From Candidatus Micrarchaeota archaeon (GTDB lineage Archaea; Micrarchaeota; Micrarchaeia; Micrarchaeales; Micrarchaeaceae), in NCBI GenBank assembly GCA_021807115.1, contig JAKAPJ010000003.1, forward strand, positions 1,775 through 65,774: a DNA stretch of 64,000 nucleotides, given 5' to 3'. Shown in pieces: positions 33,799 to 42,918 of the stretch. Each line of letters opens with the position of its first letter. The stretch's first letter is position 1. The translations under genes were made by a program, and so were the position numbers. The notes beneath the pieces are model-generated. The model did not search any database and was not told where the DNA came from. It saw only the letters and a list, made by a program, of their open reading frames with translations.

Positions 33799-35133
33799 CT
33801 AACCCGGCGCGGACGCCAGAAGCTCGAACACGTCGGCAGCGCTTCGCCTCTCCAGGCTGCGGCCCGCGCTGACCATATCATCGACCCAGCTTTCTTCTGG
33901 CACGAGCTTGCGGCCCTTGCGCCTCAGGTCGTCCCAGCTGTACGGATCGCGGTAGTGGCCCTTCGGCACTAGCACCTGCTCCACGAAGTCGCCGCCGGTG
34001 GCGGATATCGCTATCCTGACTGGCACGAAATCCGGATACATGTGGTCGTACTTCTCCACCACCCTCAGGTCCATCCTGTCGATAAGGCGCAGTATACTGC
34101 GGTCCCTGATGTACCTCTCCGAGTACGACGACGGGGTGGGCTCCCCGTATGTGAGGGTGTACGCTATGATGTACGGCATGCTGTGGTCTGCAGTCTCCCT
34201 TGTCTTGGGCCGCAGCCGCTCGGGGTCCTTCACTATGGTCCTGTGCATCACCGATGACACGTCAACACTTATGCGCTTTATTTCCCCCTTGACCCTGCCC
34301 CGCAGCCTCAGCGCCGCGTCCACGCTGCTCATGGCGTTGTACTCCACGGGATGGTCCTTTATGAGCGTCTTCTTTATGCGGTCCGGCCCGAACCGGGGCA
34401 CGAATCTGCCGGTCACCTGCCTGAAGAATCCCATTTCCCCTTCGAATATAGGGGACGGGCCAGTCATGCCCTCCCTTGCCAGCAGCGCTGCCTGCAGGCC
34501 GTTCCTGGCGGCGTTTGCCGCGGTGCACCCCTTCCACATGCTCAGCTCGCCGGCGCGCACCTGCCTCATCGAGATGCTGTTGCTGACGCCAAGGTTGATG
34601 GCGTTCTCAAACCTTTCCCTGTCAAGGCCCAGAAGTCCGGCTGCGCCTGCAGCAGATGATATGCCTAGGTACACCACGTGGTCCCAGCCCCTGTTCCGCA
34701 GCGATGCGGCGTCGGAAAGCGAGCACTGCACCTGGTAGGCGAGGTACGTGGCCCGTATGGCGTCAGCGCAGCCAAGGCCCTCTGCCTGTGCCAGGCACAG
34801 CATCGCCGGGACGTTGTCCGAGGGATGCGCGAACTCCTTCTTCGTTAGGTAGGTGTCGTTGTAGTCCAGATAGCGCGTCATGCAGCCGTTTATGAACGCC
34901 GACACCTCGACCGACGCCTTCTCCTTGGAGAAGTAGACAGTTGAATTGTACTTGCCAGAGCTGGGCAGAAGCGCCTTGCGGGCTATTTTGACAGGCTCGG
35001 CGCCGCGAGCGCCGTACGAGACGAATATGGAGTCAACGATCCTCTTTCTCACCTCGTCCGACAGCGAGCCTCCCAGCTTCCTGCCCATTACCTTCCTGGA
35101 ATAGTCGAATATCCGCCCAGCCAATGTTCCCAT
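33799..35133 (-). CDS. prpD: MmgE/PrpD-family 2-methylcitrate dehydratase
   Basis: 444 aa in the PrpD family by length and pattern (YNDTYL...HPSD..., ...CTAANAARNG...). Methylcitrate-cycle context. Confidence 0.8.
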   Translation of the reverse strand: MGTLAGRIFDYSRKVMGRKLGGSLSDEVRKRIVDSIFVSYGARGAEPVKIARKALLPSSGKYNSTVYFSKEKASVEVSAFINGCMTRYLDYNDTYLTKKEFAHPSDNVPAMLCLAQAEGLGCADAIRATYLAYQVQCSLSDAASLRNRGWDHVVYLGISSAAGAAGLLGLDRERFENAINLGVSNSISMRQVRAGELSMWKGCTAANAARNGLQAALLAREGMTGPSPIFEGEMGFFRQVTGRFVPRFGPDRIKKTLIKDHPVEYNAMSSVDAALRLRGRVKGEIKRISVDVSSVMHRTIVKDPERLRPKTRETADHSMPYIIAYTLTYGEPTPSSYSERYIRDRSILRLIDRMDLRVVEKYDHMYPDFVPVRIAISATGGDFVEQVLVPKGHYRDPYSWDDLRRKGRKLVPEESWVDDMVSAGRSLERRSAADVFELLASAPG

Positions 35134-35280
35134 AAGCGCACCTTGAAACCCTATGCCCCAATGAACCTTGTAAATCTAAAAGGCTATATTTGTATCCTTG
35201 GCCAGGCCGCGCCGGGAGGGCTGCCGCTATCCGCCAAATGCAAATCCTCAGCCGCCTGCGCGGCAGACCCGGAACTGGGC

Positions 35281-35355
35281 TCAGAGCTCTCCGACCCTAC
35301 GCTTCTGTGCGCGCTTGAGCCGCTTCCTCCGCTTCTTCTTCCATTTCCAGCGCAT
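35281..35355 (-). CDS. rpl41e: Ribosomal protein eL41 (24 aa); absent from the ORF track
   Basis: My own translation is MRWKWKKKRRKRLKRAQKRRVGEL-stop, which matches the eL41 pattern M-R-x-K-W-(R/K)-K-K-R-x-R-R-L-K-R. Confidence 0.7.
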   Translation of the reverse strand: MRWKWKKKRRKRLKRAQKRRVGEL

Positions 35356-35378
35356 TCGTCCCTTCTTCTTCCATTTCC
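35332..35378. repeat. 17-nt direct repeat cttcttcttccatttcc x2 spanning the eL41 start
   Basis: Copies at 35332-35348 and 35362-35378. On the minus strand each encodes (K)WKKK, and the upstream copy is in frame with eL41. Confidence 0.8.
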
Positions 35379-35499
35379 GGGGTATGCTTCCCAATAATAC
35401 ACCTTGAAACAGGCGAACCTGCCGACTCCATAGCTATTTAAGTAGATAAAAATAAATACCTGCTACTGGAAAGTTACTCTGAAAGCTCTGTGATTGTTT

Positions 35500-36582
35500 A
35501 TGGCAGGGGCCGCGACTGGGGCAATAGCGTTCGTGGGAATACTGGTGGCGATAATACTGCTGTGGTACTTCACAGTGGGTTTTGGCTTCCTCAACCAGAC
35601 CACGACCACCACTACGTCCACTGCCACGACCACGGTGACGGTTGCTACCAACACCACCACCCAGACAACCACCATACTCTACGTGCCAGACTGCAAGAAC
35701 TTCTTCATAAACCTGATACAGAACGAGAGCAACGCCATTGTGCGGTGCGCATGGACTGGGGGCACGCTGGGGGTGTGGGTCGGCAGCGGCTACTACAGGA
35801 ACGCCTCCTTCACCATAACTGGCGCGAACAACAAGACGTATCTTAGCGAAAGCGCAGGGTACCAGTGCGTAACGTTCTATGATAACTTCACGGGCCCCGC
35901 ACAGACCTACAATGTGGTGTTTTCCAGGGGTGCGCCGCTCAGCGCCGGGGAGGACGTGTGCCCCTATCCGATACTGAAGCTCAACACGACCACGACCCCG
36001 CCCAACACCATATACACGCAGGTCTACAACGGCGGCTTCCAGAACGGGAAGTACACGGGCTGGAGCATAGAGGGCAGGGGGTTCGGTAAGGGCCCGATCA
36101 ACCTGACTGCGGCGGACACGGTCAGCAGCAATAGCCCGGGATGCTACTTCAGCACGCCGTGGGCGAACTACAACGGCACGTACTTTGCGACGACTTACAA
36201 CTGCGGGCTGTCTGTGGCGCCTGGCAACATAACCTCTTCGCCGTTCCTGGTGGACCAGCCGTTCCTGAACTTCAGGATGGTGAGCCCTGATGACAACTTC
36301 ATATACGTGGAGGTGCTGCAGAACGGCACGCCGTACACCGTTGTGCACTGCAACACCTTCAATGTGTCCGCCTACCAGAACCTCAGGCTCTACCAGAACA
36401 TAAGCTCGACCTTCAGGAACATTAGCGTGCCGCTGTACAATGCGGCGAACAAGCCGGTGCAGATCAAGGTCGTGGCCGACACGCTCAGCAACAACCACTA
36501 CATAGCCATAGGTGACTTCGCCATGTCAAACAGGCCCCAGCAGGACCCGGGTAGCTTCTGCAACGTCACGCTCGTGCACTGA
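35500..36582 (+). CDS. Membrane-anchored or secreted glycoprotein with a Thr-rich stalk
   Basis: N-terminal TM AIAFVGILVAIILLWYF, then a TTTTTTSTATTTVTVATNTTTQTTT linker and many sequons. NGGFQNGKYTGWSIEG resembles lectin/CBM-type jelly-roll starts (weak). The antisense 354-aa ORF was rejected. Confidence 0.75.
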   Translation: MAGAATGAIAFVGILVAIILLWYFTVGFGFLNQTTTTTTSTATTTVTVATNTTTQTTTILYVPDCKNFFINLIQNESNAIVRCAWTGGTLGVWVGSGYYRNASFTITGANNKTYLSESAGYQCVTFYDNFTGPAQTYNVVFSRGAPLSAGEDVCPYPILKLNTTTTPPNTIYTQVYNGGFQNGKYTGWSIEGRGFGKGPINLTAADTVSSNSPGCYFSTPWANYNGTYFATTYNCGLSVAPGNITSSPFLVDQPFLNFRMVSPDDNFIYVEVLQNGTPYTVVHCNTFNVSAYQNLRLYQNISSTFRNISVPLYNAANKPVQIKVVADTLSNNHYIAIGDFAMSNRPQQDPGSFCNVTLVH

Positions 36583-36589
36583 GGTGCGG

Positions 36590-37111
36590 CTACTTCTTGG
36601 CCTCCTCCGTGCCGCCTTCACCCATGAACCGCTTGCCAAGCTCCGACCGGTTCTCCAGCTGCCTTCTTATGTTGTCCGCATCCTCCTTCTTCAGCACCTT
36701 CTCCAGGATGAAGCTCGAATACCCGACGGATATCTGTGATATGTCCATGAGCATGGACTGCAGCTCGTTCACCTTGAAGCGCATCTCCTTCTCGGGCCGC
36801 AGGATCTCTATGCCGGCCGGGGCGTACCTGAATGCGACGCCGAGTATGGGCTTGAAGTTGTCGAACAGCACGGTTATCGTGCCGCTGGTTATGAACACGC
36901 CGTCCTTCTCGAGGGGATCCTCTATGGCGCCGTAGCAGTAGACGACCCCTGCCTCCTTCATCAGGTGGTCGTTGACCAGGTTGACCAGGAGGGGCTGCAG
37001 CTTGTCTTTCTCCTCGTGCTGCATGTCGAAGTAGAACCTAACCAGCACCCCCCCTTTGGCCACGGCATCCGCGGTCACCTTCTCGACGTCGTCCTTGGGC
37101 ATATCAATCAC
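36590..37111 (-). CDS. Hypothetical protein (173 aa), translationally coupled to hisS
   Basis: The start overlaps the hisS stop by 4 nt. No motif recognised. Confidence 0.65.
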   Translation of the reverse strand: MIDMPKDDVEKVTADAVAKGGVLVRFYFDMQHEEKDKLQPLLVNLVNDHLMKEAGVVYCYGAIEDPLEKDGVFITSGTITVLFDNFKPILGVAFRYAPAGIEILRPEKEMRFKVNELQSMLMDISQISVGYSSFILEKVLKKEDADNIRRQLENRSELGKRFMGEGGTEEAKK

Positions 37112-38385
37112 AGCGTATCCTTTATCATCTTTATGGCGGCCTCTGGCGCAAAGGCGCTCTCCGTCCCGTCTATTAGGTTGCGCACCTTCACCTTCCCTGT
37201 CCTCTCCTCCTCGTCCCCGACTATCACCACGTACTTGAACTTCAGCGCGTTTGCGTATGCGAGCTGGTTGGATATGTTCCTGCTGGCCAGGTTAACGTCG
37301 GTTGCGACGCCGTTGGAGCGGAACATGTTGCCCACCTTCAGGGCGTACTGGTAGTTGCTGTCCTTTATGTTGGCGACGAACACGTCGGCGTAGGTGCTCT
37401 TCGTGGAGGCGGAGTAGTTGAGTATGTCCAGCAGCCTGTCGATCCCTATCGAGGAGCCTACTGCAGGGATGCGCTTGGTGCTGAACATGCCTATAAGGTT
37501 GTCGTACCTCCCTCCCCCTCCGATGGAGCTCTTCGTCTCCCCTCCCACGGTCTTGAACTCGAATATCATGCCGGTATAGTAGTCGAACCCCCGGACCAGC
37601 GAGAAGTCTATCTGCACCTGGCCCTTGAGCCCGTAGAGCCGCAGCAGCGCCAGCGCCTCCCTGGTCTCCTGGCAGACCGTCTTGTCGGCCATGATCTTCT
37701 CCATTGCCGCTATCTTGTCCTCGTCGTTGCCCTCCATGTTTATGAAGGCGTCTATCCTGCTTATCGTGTCGCGGTCCAGCGCCAGCTTCTGCAGCAGCTC
37801 GAGCACCCCGTCCCTGCCGACCTTGTCCAGCTTGTCTATGGCCCTCATTATGGGCATGAACATCTCCTCCTTTATGCCGAAGCTTGCAAGCATGGCGTCC
37901 ACGAACTTCCGGTTGTTCACCAGGACCCTGTAGTTTATCGCGAAAACCTCGAACACCAATGCCTGTACTGCTATCACCTCTGCGTCGGACGAAGCCGTCC
38001 TGCCCCCTACTATGTCTATGTCTGCCTGGGTGAACTCGCGGTAGCGCAACTTCTGGGGCTCCTCCCTCCTCCACACCTTGCCGATATAGTAGCGCTTGAA
38101 CGGGAGCGGGAGGTCCTGGTGCATGCCGAAATACCGGGCCAGGGAAACCGTGTGGTCGTAGCGCAGCCCTATGTCCTCGTACTTCATCTCGTATAGTAGC
38201 TTTACGTCCTCGCCTATGCCGTTCTTGGCGTGCAGAACCTTGAGGGACTCGAATGCAGGAGTGTCTATGGCCAAAAACCCGAACCTCTGGAACACGGACT
38301 CGGCCTTCTTCAGCAGCTCGTTCCGGAACAGAGCCTCGTTTGGCATGAGGTCCCTGACGCCCCTTGGAAACGGGATGTTCGGCAT
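37108..38385 (-). CDS. hisS: Histidine--tRNA ligase
   Basis: Class II aaRS motifs (...FKRYYIGKVWRRE..., ...GGGRYD...) and a C-terminal anticodon-binding domain. Confidence 0.93.
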   Translation of the reverse strand: MPNIPFPRGVRDLMPNEALFRNELLKKAESVFQRFGFLAIDTPAFESLKVLHAKNGIGEDVKLLYEMKYEDIGLRYDHTVSLARYFGMHQDLPLPFKRYYIGKVWRREEPQKLRYREFTQADIDIVGGRTASSDAEVIAVQALVFEVFAINYRVLVNNRKFVDAMLASFGIKEEMFMPIMRAIDKLDKVGRDGVLELLQKLALDRDTISRIDAFINMEGNDEDKIAAMEKIMADKTVCQETREALALLRLYGLKGQVQIDFSLVRGFDYYTGMIFEFKTVGGETKSSIGGGGRYDNLIGMFSTKRIPAVGSSIGIDRLLDILNYSASTKSTYADVFVANIKDSNYQYALKVGNMFRSNGVATDVNLASRNISNQLAYANALKFKYVVIVGDEEERTGKVKVRNLIDGTESAFAPEAAIKMIKDTL

Positions 38386-38481
38386 TTCAAATCACAGGCT
38401 AAACTGCGCTTAAGTTGTGGGGCATCCAAGCTTATTAGATGTTTCGGATGCGCCGACAGCCGCTTCTGGGCGGGCCTGGGG

Positions 38482-38802
38482 TTAGAGGTTCTTTTCTATC
38501 CACTTCCGCAGGGTCTCCTTAGGAACAGCGCCCACGTTCATGGCCTTAACGGCCCCGTCCACCATGAGCAGCGTGGTTGGTATGCTCATGACATTGTACT
38601 TCGCGGCTATCTTCTCGTTGTCGTCCGCGTCTATCTTAACGAACTTGACCTTGCCCGTATACTCCTTTGATACCTCCTCTACTATAGGGGAGTATATCCT
38701 GCATGGCCCGCACCATGTGGCCCATATGTCCACAAGTACAGGTACCTTTGACTTCATTACCTCGGCCTCGAAGTTTGACTCGTTCACGTCGATTACCGCC
38801 AT
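38482..38802 (-). CDS. trxA: Thioredoxin
   Basis: VLVDIWATWCGPCRIY is the WCGPC active site. 106 aa. Confidence 0.93.
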   Translation of the reverse strand: MAVIDVNESNFEAEVMKSKVPVLVDIWATWCGPCRIYSPIVEEVSKEYTGKVKFVKIDADDNEKIAAKYNVMSIPTTLLMVDGAVKAMNVGAVPKETLRKWIEKNL

Positions 38803-38935
38803 TGAGACACCATTTTAGCATTTTTGCAGAACAGACTGGCAATAGTTATTTGTCTGGCAAACAATATATAAATAGCGGTAGCTGGATGACCAGCGCGGTT
38901 CCGCGCGCCAAGGAGGGCGATGGAAGCCTGCCCCG

Positions 38936-39556
38936 TCACACTACCTTGGTGTTTATCGTCAGAATCTTTGCGGTCTGCCACCCCGACGGGTTGCCGGAGC
39001 TGCCGGATGCGCACTGCGCCCATGTGGTGCACGCCGTGCCTGATGTCCAATTAACCCATACGGAGCCGGTGAACGACGAGCCCACGTTCAATGTGGATGT
39101 GGTCGTGCCGGTGGCCGTGTAGCATGGCATGCCCGTTACTGCGACCGTCTCGCTGCTCACAAGGCTGATTGCGTTTGCAAGATTTGGAACGGTCTGTGAT
39201 GTTGCGGTCCCTGACGGGTAACCCGTGCCCCCCGATATGAAGTTCCATGCCGTTGACACGGATGGCAGTCCTGTTGAGCCGCTTACGGCATCGCACGCAA
39301 GTGCTATGTTATACATTGTGGCGCCTGTCGCCTGCCCGAACGTGAACGAGAGGGTGCCTGTTGCTCCAAGAACCATGTTCTGGCACTGGAAGCCTGGAGA
39401 GGCTATGCAGGAGTTGCCGACCAGAGAGGTGCTGCTGAATATGCCCAATTGGAACAGCACTCCGAGCACCACGGCGATTATCAGTATCGCCCAGCCATAG
39501 GTCATCAGGTATTCCATTGCCGACTGCGCACGGGCTGTCCTTGACAAATTGACCAT
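38936..39556 (-). CDS. Archaeal type IV pilin-like protein with a class III signal peptide (DUF361-type)
   Basis: N-terminus MVNLSRTARAQSAMEYLMTYGWAILIIAVVLGVLF fits the (K/R)(G/A)Q...E(Y/F) prepilin motif plus hydrophobic helix. The mature part is Ser/Thr/Gly-rich. Confidence 0.8.
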   Translation of the reverse strand: MVNLSRTARAQSAMEYLMTYGWAILIIAVVLGVLFQLGIFSSTSLVGNSCIASPGFQCQNMVLGATGTLSFTFGQATGATMYNIALACDAVSGSTGLPSVSTAWNFISGGTGYPSGTATSQTVPNLANAISLVSSETVAVTGMPCYTATGTTTSTLNVGSSFTGSVWVNWTSGTACTTWAQCASGSSGNPSGWQTAKILTINTKVV

Positions 39557-39641
39557 GAAAATCGCCTATATCTGCTTATGATTGGATAGCAAGCAATAAA
39601 AAGGGCACCATGCCGTTGCGGTTTTTTTAGCGGAGGCGGAC

Positions 39642-41096
39642 CTATTTCACTATCCGGTCCAGTATTGGGTATGTCTCAAAGAGGCGGTCCTGCTCCAGCT
39701 GCTGGTAAAGCATGTATATTATGCCTACGGTAAGCAGTATGCCCATCCCGGACCCTATGGCGCCGGTGAGCGTGGCAAGGGCCGCAAGAAGCCCTACGAA
39801 TGCGCTGCCCAGCACAGTTATTGTTGGTATGTACTTGTTAAGGACGTTCTCTATTATGCGCGGATCCCTCCTGAAACCTGGTATCTGCCAACCCATGTCG
39901 CCCAGCTGCTCCGCCATGTTCTTCGGATTCTGTCCTGTCATCTCTATCCAGAACTTCCCGAATACTATGCACATCACTATCAGCACGACGGTATATGTTA
40001 TGGCATGGAGCCATTCCGGCACTAGGACCATCCCTCCCCACGGGAGATATAGGCTGGACGCGGACGACACTATGTAGTTGAAGTACGCCCCGTACCCCCC
40101 TATTCCGTATGGTGCGGGAAAGGGGCTTGGGAAGGTGGGCGACATCAGGTATATGAGCCCGCCGGTGAGTTGCGGCCCTGCCGCGCCCGCGGACTGGTAG
40201 TATGCGAAGAACCTAGCCAGGTTCTGGAAGCTGCCTCCTACGCCTGCGAGGAAGCGGAACCATACGGTGAGGCTGAGCTCCAGCGATGACGCGAGTATTA
40301 CCGGCAGCACGCTCACGTAGAGGAAAGGTATGGGAAGTCTGCCGCCCACGCCCCTGAGCTGCTCGAACGCCAAAGGCAGCTCCACCTTGGTCTCGTATGC
40401 GTATATGCTGATTAGGAATATAACGATGGCAAATATGAGCGGCCCGAATACCAGTATGGCATTGGACATGGCCGCGGCGCCCCCGGCCTGCAGCGCCTGT
40501 ATGGCGCCGGGTATCAGGATGCTGAACGTGCCGGCGACTATCGAGTAGGACACGCCGCTTGCTATGAATATGTTTATGCCAGACATCACGCCGTACTTGG
40601 TCATTATCTCGTCTAGGAATATGACGGTTATCGCCCCTACTGCAAGCTGCGCGGACACAAACCAGAAGTACGATTGTACCGCCACAGGCACGAATCCGGT
40701 TGTCACGTATATTATGGATTCGACAATTGCTATGATTATCGCGGCGAGCTTCTGCAGGACCTGGTACCTGGACTTCTCCGCCGGATTGTTCAGGTCTATG
40801 TTGACCAGGCCTGAGCCGCTTACCAGCTGCAGCATTATGCTTGCCAGGACTATCGGCCCTATGCCGACGGTTATGAGGCTGCCTATCTTGCCTGCGAATA
40901 CTATGCTTATGAGCTGGGTGAGGGGCTGGGACAGGGCCGCCTGGCTGACGCCGACCGCCACTGTGCTGTACAGCACAAAGTATATGACCAGCACCCCGAT
41001 GGTCCATACCATCTTCTCCCTGAGCGACAGCTGCGTCTTCGGGGACTTTATGCCCGGCACGAATGGGGATATCTTGTCTATGAACTCTAATGCCAT
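39642..41096 (-). CDS. secY: Preprotein translocase subunit SecY
   Basis: 484 aa with 10 TM segments and the typical SecY N-terminus and C-terminal ...GQNPKNMAEQL...GFRRDPR... region. Confidence 0.93.
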   Translation of the reverse strand: MALEFIDKISPFVPGIKSPKTQLSLREKMVWTIGVLVIYFVLYSTVAVGVSQAALSQPLTQLISIVFAGKIGSLITVGIGPIVLASIMLQLVSGSGLVNIDLNNPAEKSRYQVLQKLAAIIIAIVESIIYVTTGFVPVAVQSYFWFVSAQLAVGAITVIFLDEIMTKYGVMSGINIFIASGVSYSIVAGTFSILIPGAIQALQAGGAAAMSNAILVFGPLIFAIVIFLISIYAYETKVELPLAFEQLRGVGGRLPIPFLYVSVLPVILASSLELSLTVWFRFLAGVGGSFQNLARFFAYYQSAGAAGPQLTGGLIYLMSPTFPSPFPAPYGIGGYGAYFNYIVSSASSLYLPWGGMVLVPEWLHAITYTVVLIVMCIVFGKFWIEMTGQNPKNMAEQLGDMGWQIPGFRRDPRIIENVLNKYIPTITVLGSAFVGLLAALATLTGAIGSGMGILLTVGIIYMLYQQLEQDRLFETYPILDRIVK

Positions 41097-41140
41097 GCCT
41101 TGATCACGTGTCTAGTTTTTACGTTTATATTTTGGGTTTA

Positions 41141-42229
41141 TTATGCGTTGCGCTCCTTGATGTCAATTACATATGCCCCTCCCCGACTGCGCTCCGTGGC
41201 CACAAGGCCAGTGCCGAACCGCGCAGAAAGCAGGGCGCTTATGTATGCAAGGGATACGTCAACATACTCCTTCTTCGACGTAAGGCCGCCGAAAGAGACT
41301 GAGATGTGCAGGGGACGGGACTTTTTTATCGTGGGTTCGCCGAACTTCAGCAGCCTTATGGTGTCCATGGCGCGCAGCATCCTGGCCTGGGGTGCGATTG
41401 CCGTGCCCTCGGGGCCGAATATCTTCTCTCCGACGCTTACGCCCATGTACGAGGCTATGCTCTTCACCGCCTCTATGTAGCTCTTGTCGAAGAGCATCTT
41501 GAACATGAGGGAATAGTACTCGCCGGACATCTCGGCGTGCAGCGCGCTGCCTGAATGGGACGACGGATGCTTCGCGCGCTCTGCTATGTGGCCCGCCAGC
41601 CGGTCCAGCACCGCGACCTCGTCGATTGCGGCGCGAGGCGCACCCTTGTGGGCTACCGGGATGAACCTGCACGAGTCGTGCTTGTTGTGAACGCACTCCA
41701 CCTCCTCAACGGCTATGTACCTATGCTTTGCGGAGCTGATGAAGCCGGATATTATACCTGCCTCGAAGGAATGCAGATTCGTACCAACATCTGGACCCTT
41801 GCCGTCGAACATGCTTATCTCAATCTTGTCGCTGAGCGCTATGTAGGTGACGTACCTGTATCCTGCAGCCTCGAAAAACTCGACAAGGTCAGCTATCGCC
41901 TCCTCTGGGAAGAGGTAGTGCTTGACCGAGTTGTCTATACGGTAAAGGGAGCGGCCTATGTGGATCCCAGATCGGTACTGCAGGTCCCTCATGCTGCCGC
42001 TTATGCTGGAAAGCGCAGAACCGAGCAGGGAGGCCTCGTCAGGGAGGTTGTGCACCTGCCGACCCCTGAGTATGGAGTTGAGTATCGCCTCCTCGTACGT
42101 GGACGGGCCTACAGCTCCGAAATAGCTTGGGCGAACATGCGGTTGCGGGGCGGCTGCGGGGACTACGGGGGCTGCGGCAGGTGGACGCCTTGGCCTGACG
42201 GCCTTGCCCAATCCGTGTTTTTTTGCCAT
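41141..42229 (-). CDS. V4R-domain protein with a Pro/Ala-rich basic N-terminus
   Basis: FEAGIISGFISSAKHRYIAVEEVECVHNKHDSCRF is a V4R-type C..(5)..C.F motif. ATG at 42229 preferred over the track start at 42451. Confidence 0.6.
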   Translation of the reverse strand: MAKKHGLGKAVRPRRPPAAAPVVPAAAPQPHVRPSYFGAVGPSTYEEAILNSILRGRQVHNLPDEASLLGSALSSISGSMRDLQYRSGIHIGRSLYRIDNSVKHYLFPEEAIADLVEFFEAAGYRYVTYIALSDKIEISMFDGKGPDVGTNLHSFEAGIISGFISSAKHRYIAVEEVECVHNKHDSCRFIPVAHKGAPRAAIDEVAVLDRLAGHIAERAKHPSSHSGSALHAEMSGEYYSLMFKMLFDKSYIEAVKSIASYMGVSVGEKIFGPEGTAIAPQARMLRAMDTIRLLKFGEPTIKKSRPLHISVSFGGLTSKKEYVDVSLAYISALLSARFGTGLVATERSRGGAYVIDIKERNA

Positions 42230-42450
42230 AGAAACCACAGGATGGCAGAGCCGCGACCTGCCGAAGCGGCGTGCCTGCCGTCGGTTAGATATCTGCGCGA
42301 AGTAATTTATATTTATCAGGGTCGCGGCGCGGGGGACAATACCGGCTTGATGGGTAGCGCGCCAACCATGCCATTTGGCATTAGGCCCTTTTGCTCGCTG
42401 CTGCCTGCTCGGACAAGAAGTGTCTCGAGCCCATGAAGCTAATGTTGCCA

Positions 42451-42918
42451 TCAGCCTATCTCTTTGATCAGTTCCTCGACTTTATGTTTTATTTCGTCCC
42501 TTATGGCCCTTTTATCGGTCACGGAAAGGCCGCCAGGATCGCGCACTGGCCAAATCCTAACCTTGTCTGAATCCTTAAGGAAGGCCGGTGGCTTTTCGTT
42601 TGCCATGTATATGATTATGTCCGCCTGGTTTGCCAATTCTTCGGTGAGCTGCCTTGCAGCGTGTTTTGACGCGTCCAGTCCTATCTCTGCAAGAACCAAG
42701 ATGAAATTTGGCGTGGTGGGGCTGCCCTCGGAGCCCTCCCTGGAGACATCTGTCCCTGCCGAGGATGAAATGTTGGCCTTAGGGTATTCGTTAAACATTG
42801 CCTCTGCCATAACGCTTCTGCCAAAGTTACTCTTGCATACAAAAAGGACATTGAGCGGCCGGGTTTTGACGTGCAAGTCGGAATGTTTGGTTTTTGCAGT
42901 TCCGGGCATGTGCACCAC
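42451..42918 (-). CDS. Low-molecular-weight phosphotyrosine phosphatase / ArsC-like protein
   Basis: VLFVCKSNFGRSVMAE is the C-x5-R-S P-loop. 155 aa. Confidence 0.8.
   Translation of the reverse strand: MVHMPGTAKTKHSDLHVKTRPLNVLFVCKSNFGRSVMAEAMFNEYPKANISSSAGTDVSREGSEGSPTTPNFILVLAEIGLDASKHAARQLTEELANQADIIIYMANEKPPAFLKDSDKVRIWPVRDPGGLSVTDKRAIRDEIKHKVEELIKEIG

Noticed and set aside
35184-35402. A 72-aa ORF in the track (MYYWEAYPGNGRRRDE...).
   Set aside because: It has low-complexity Gly/Ser/Arg composition. A different frame of the same stretch encodes a convincing eL41 peptide.
35434-36498. A 354-aa minus-strand ORF almost exactly antisense to the 362-aa plus-strand ORF. This raised the question of which one is real.
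   Set aside because: The plus-strand product has an N-terminal TM helix, a Thr-rich linker and sequon-rich beta-type sequence like other secreted proteins in the window. The minus-strand product is R/V/H-rich noise.
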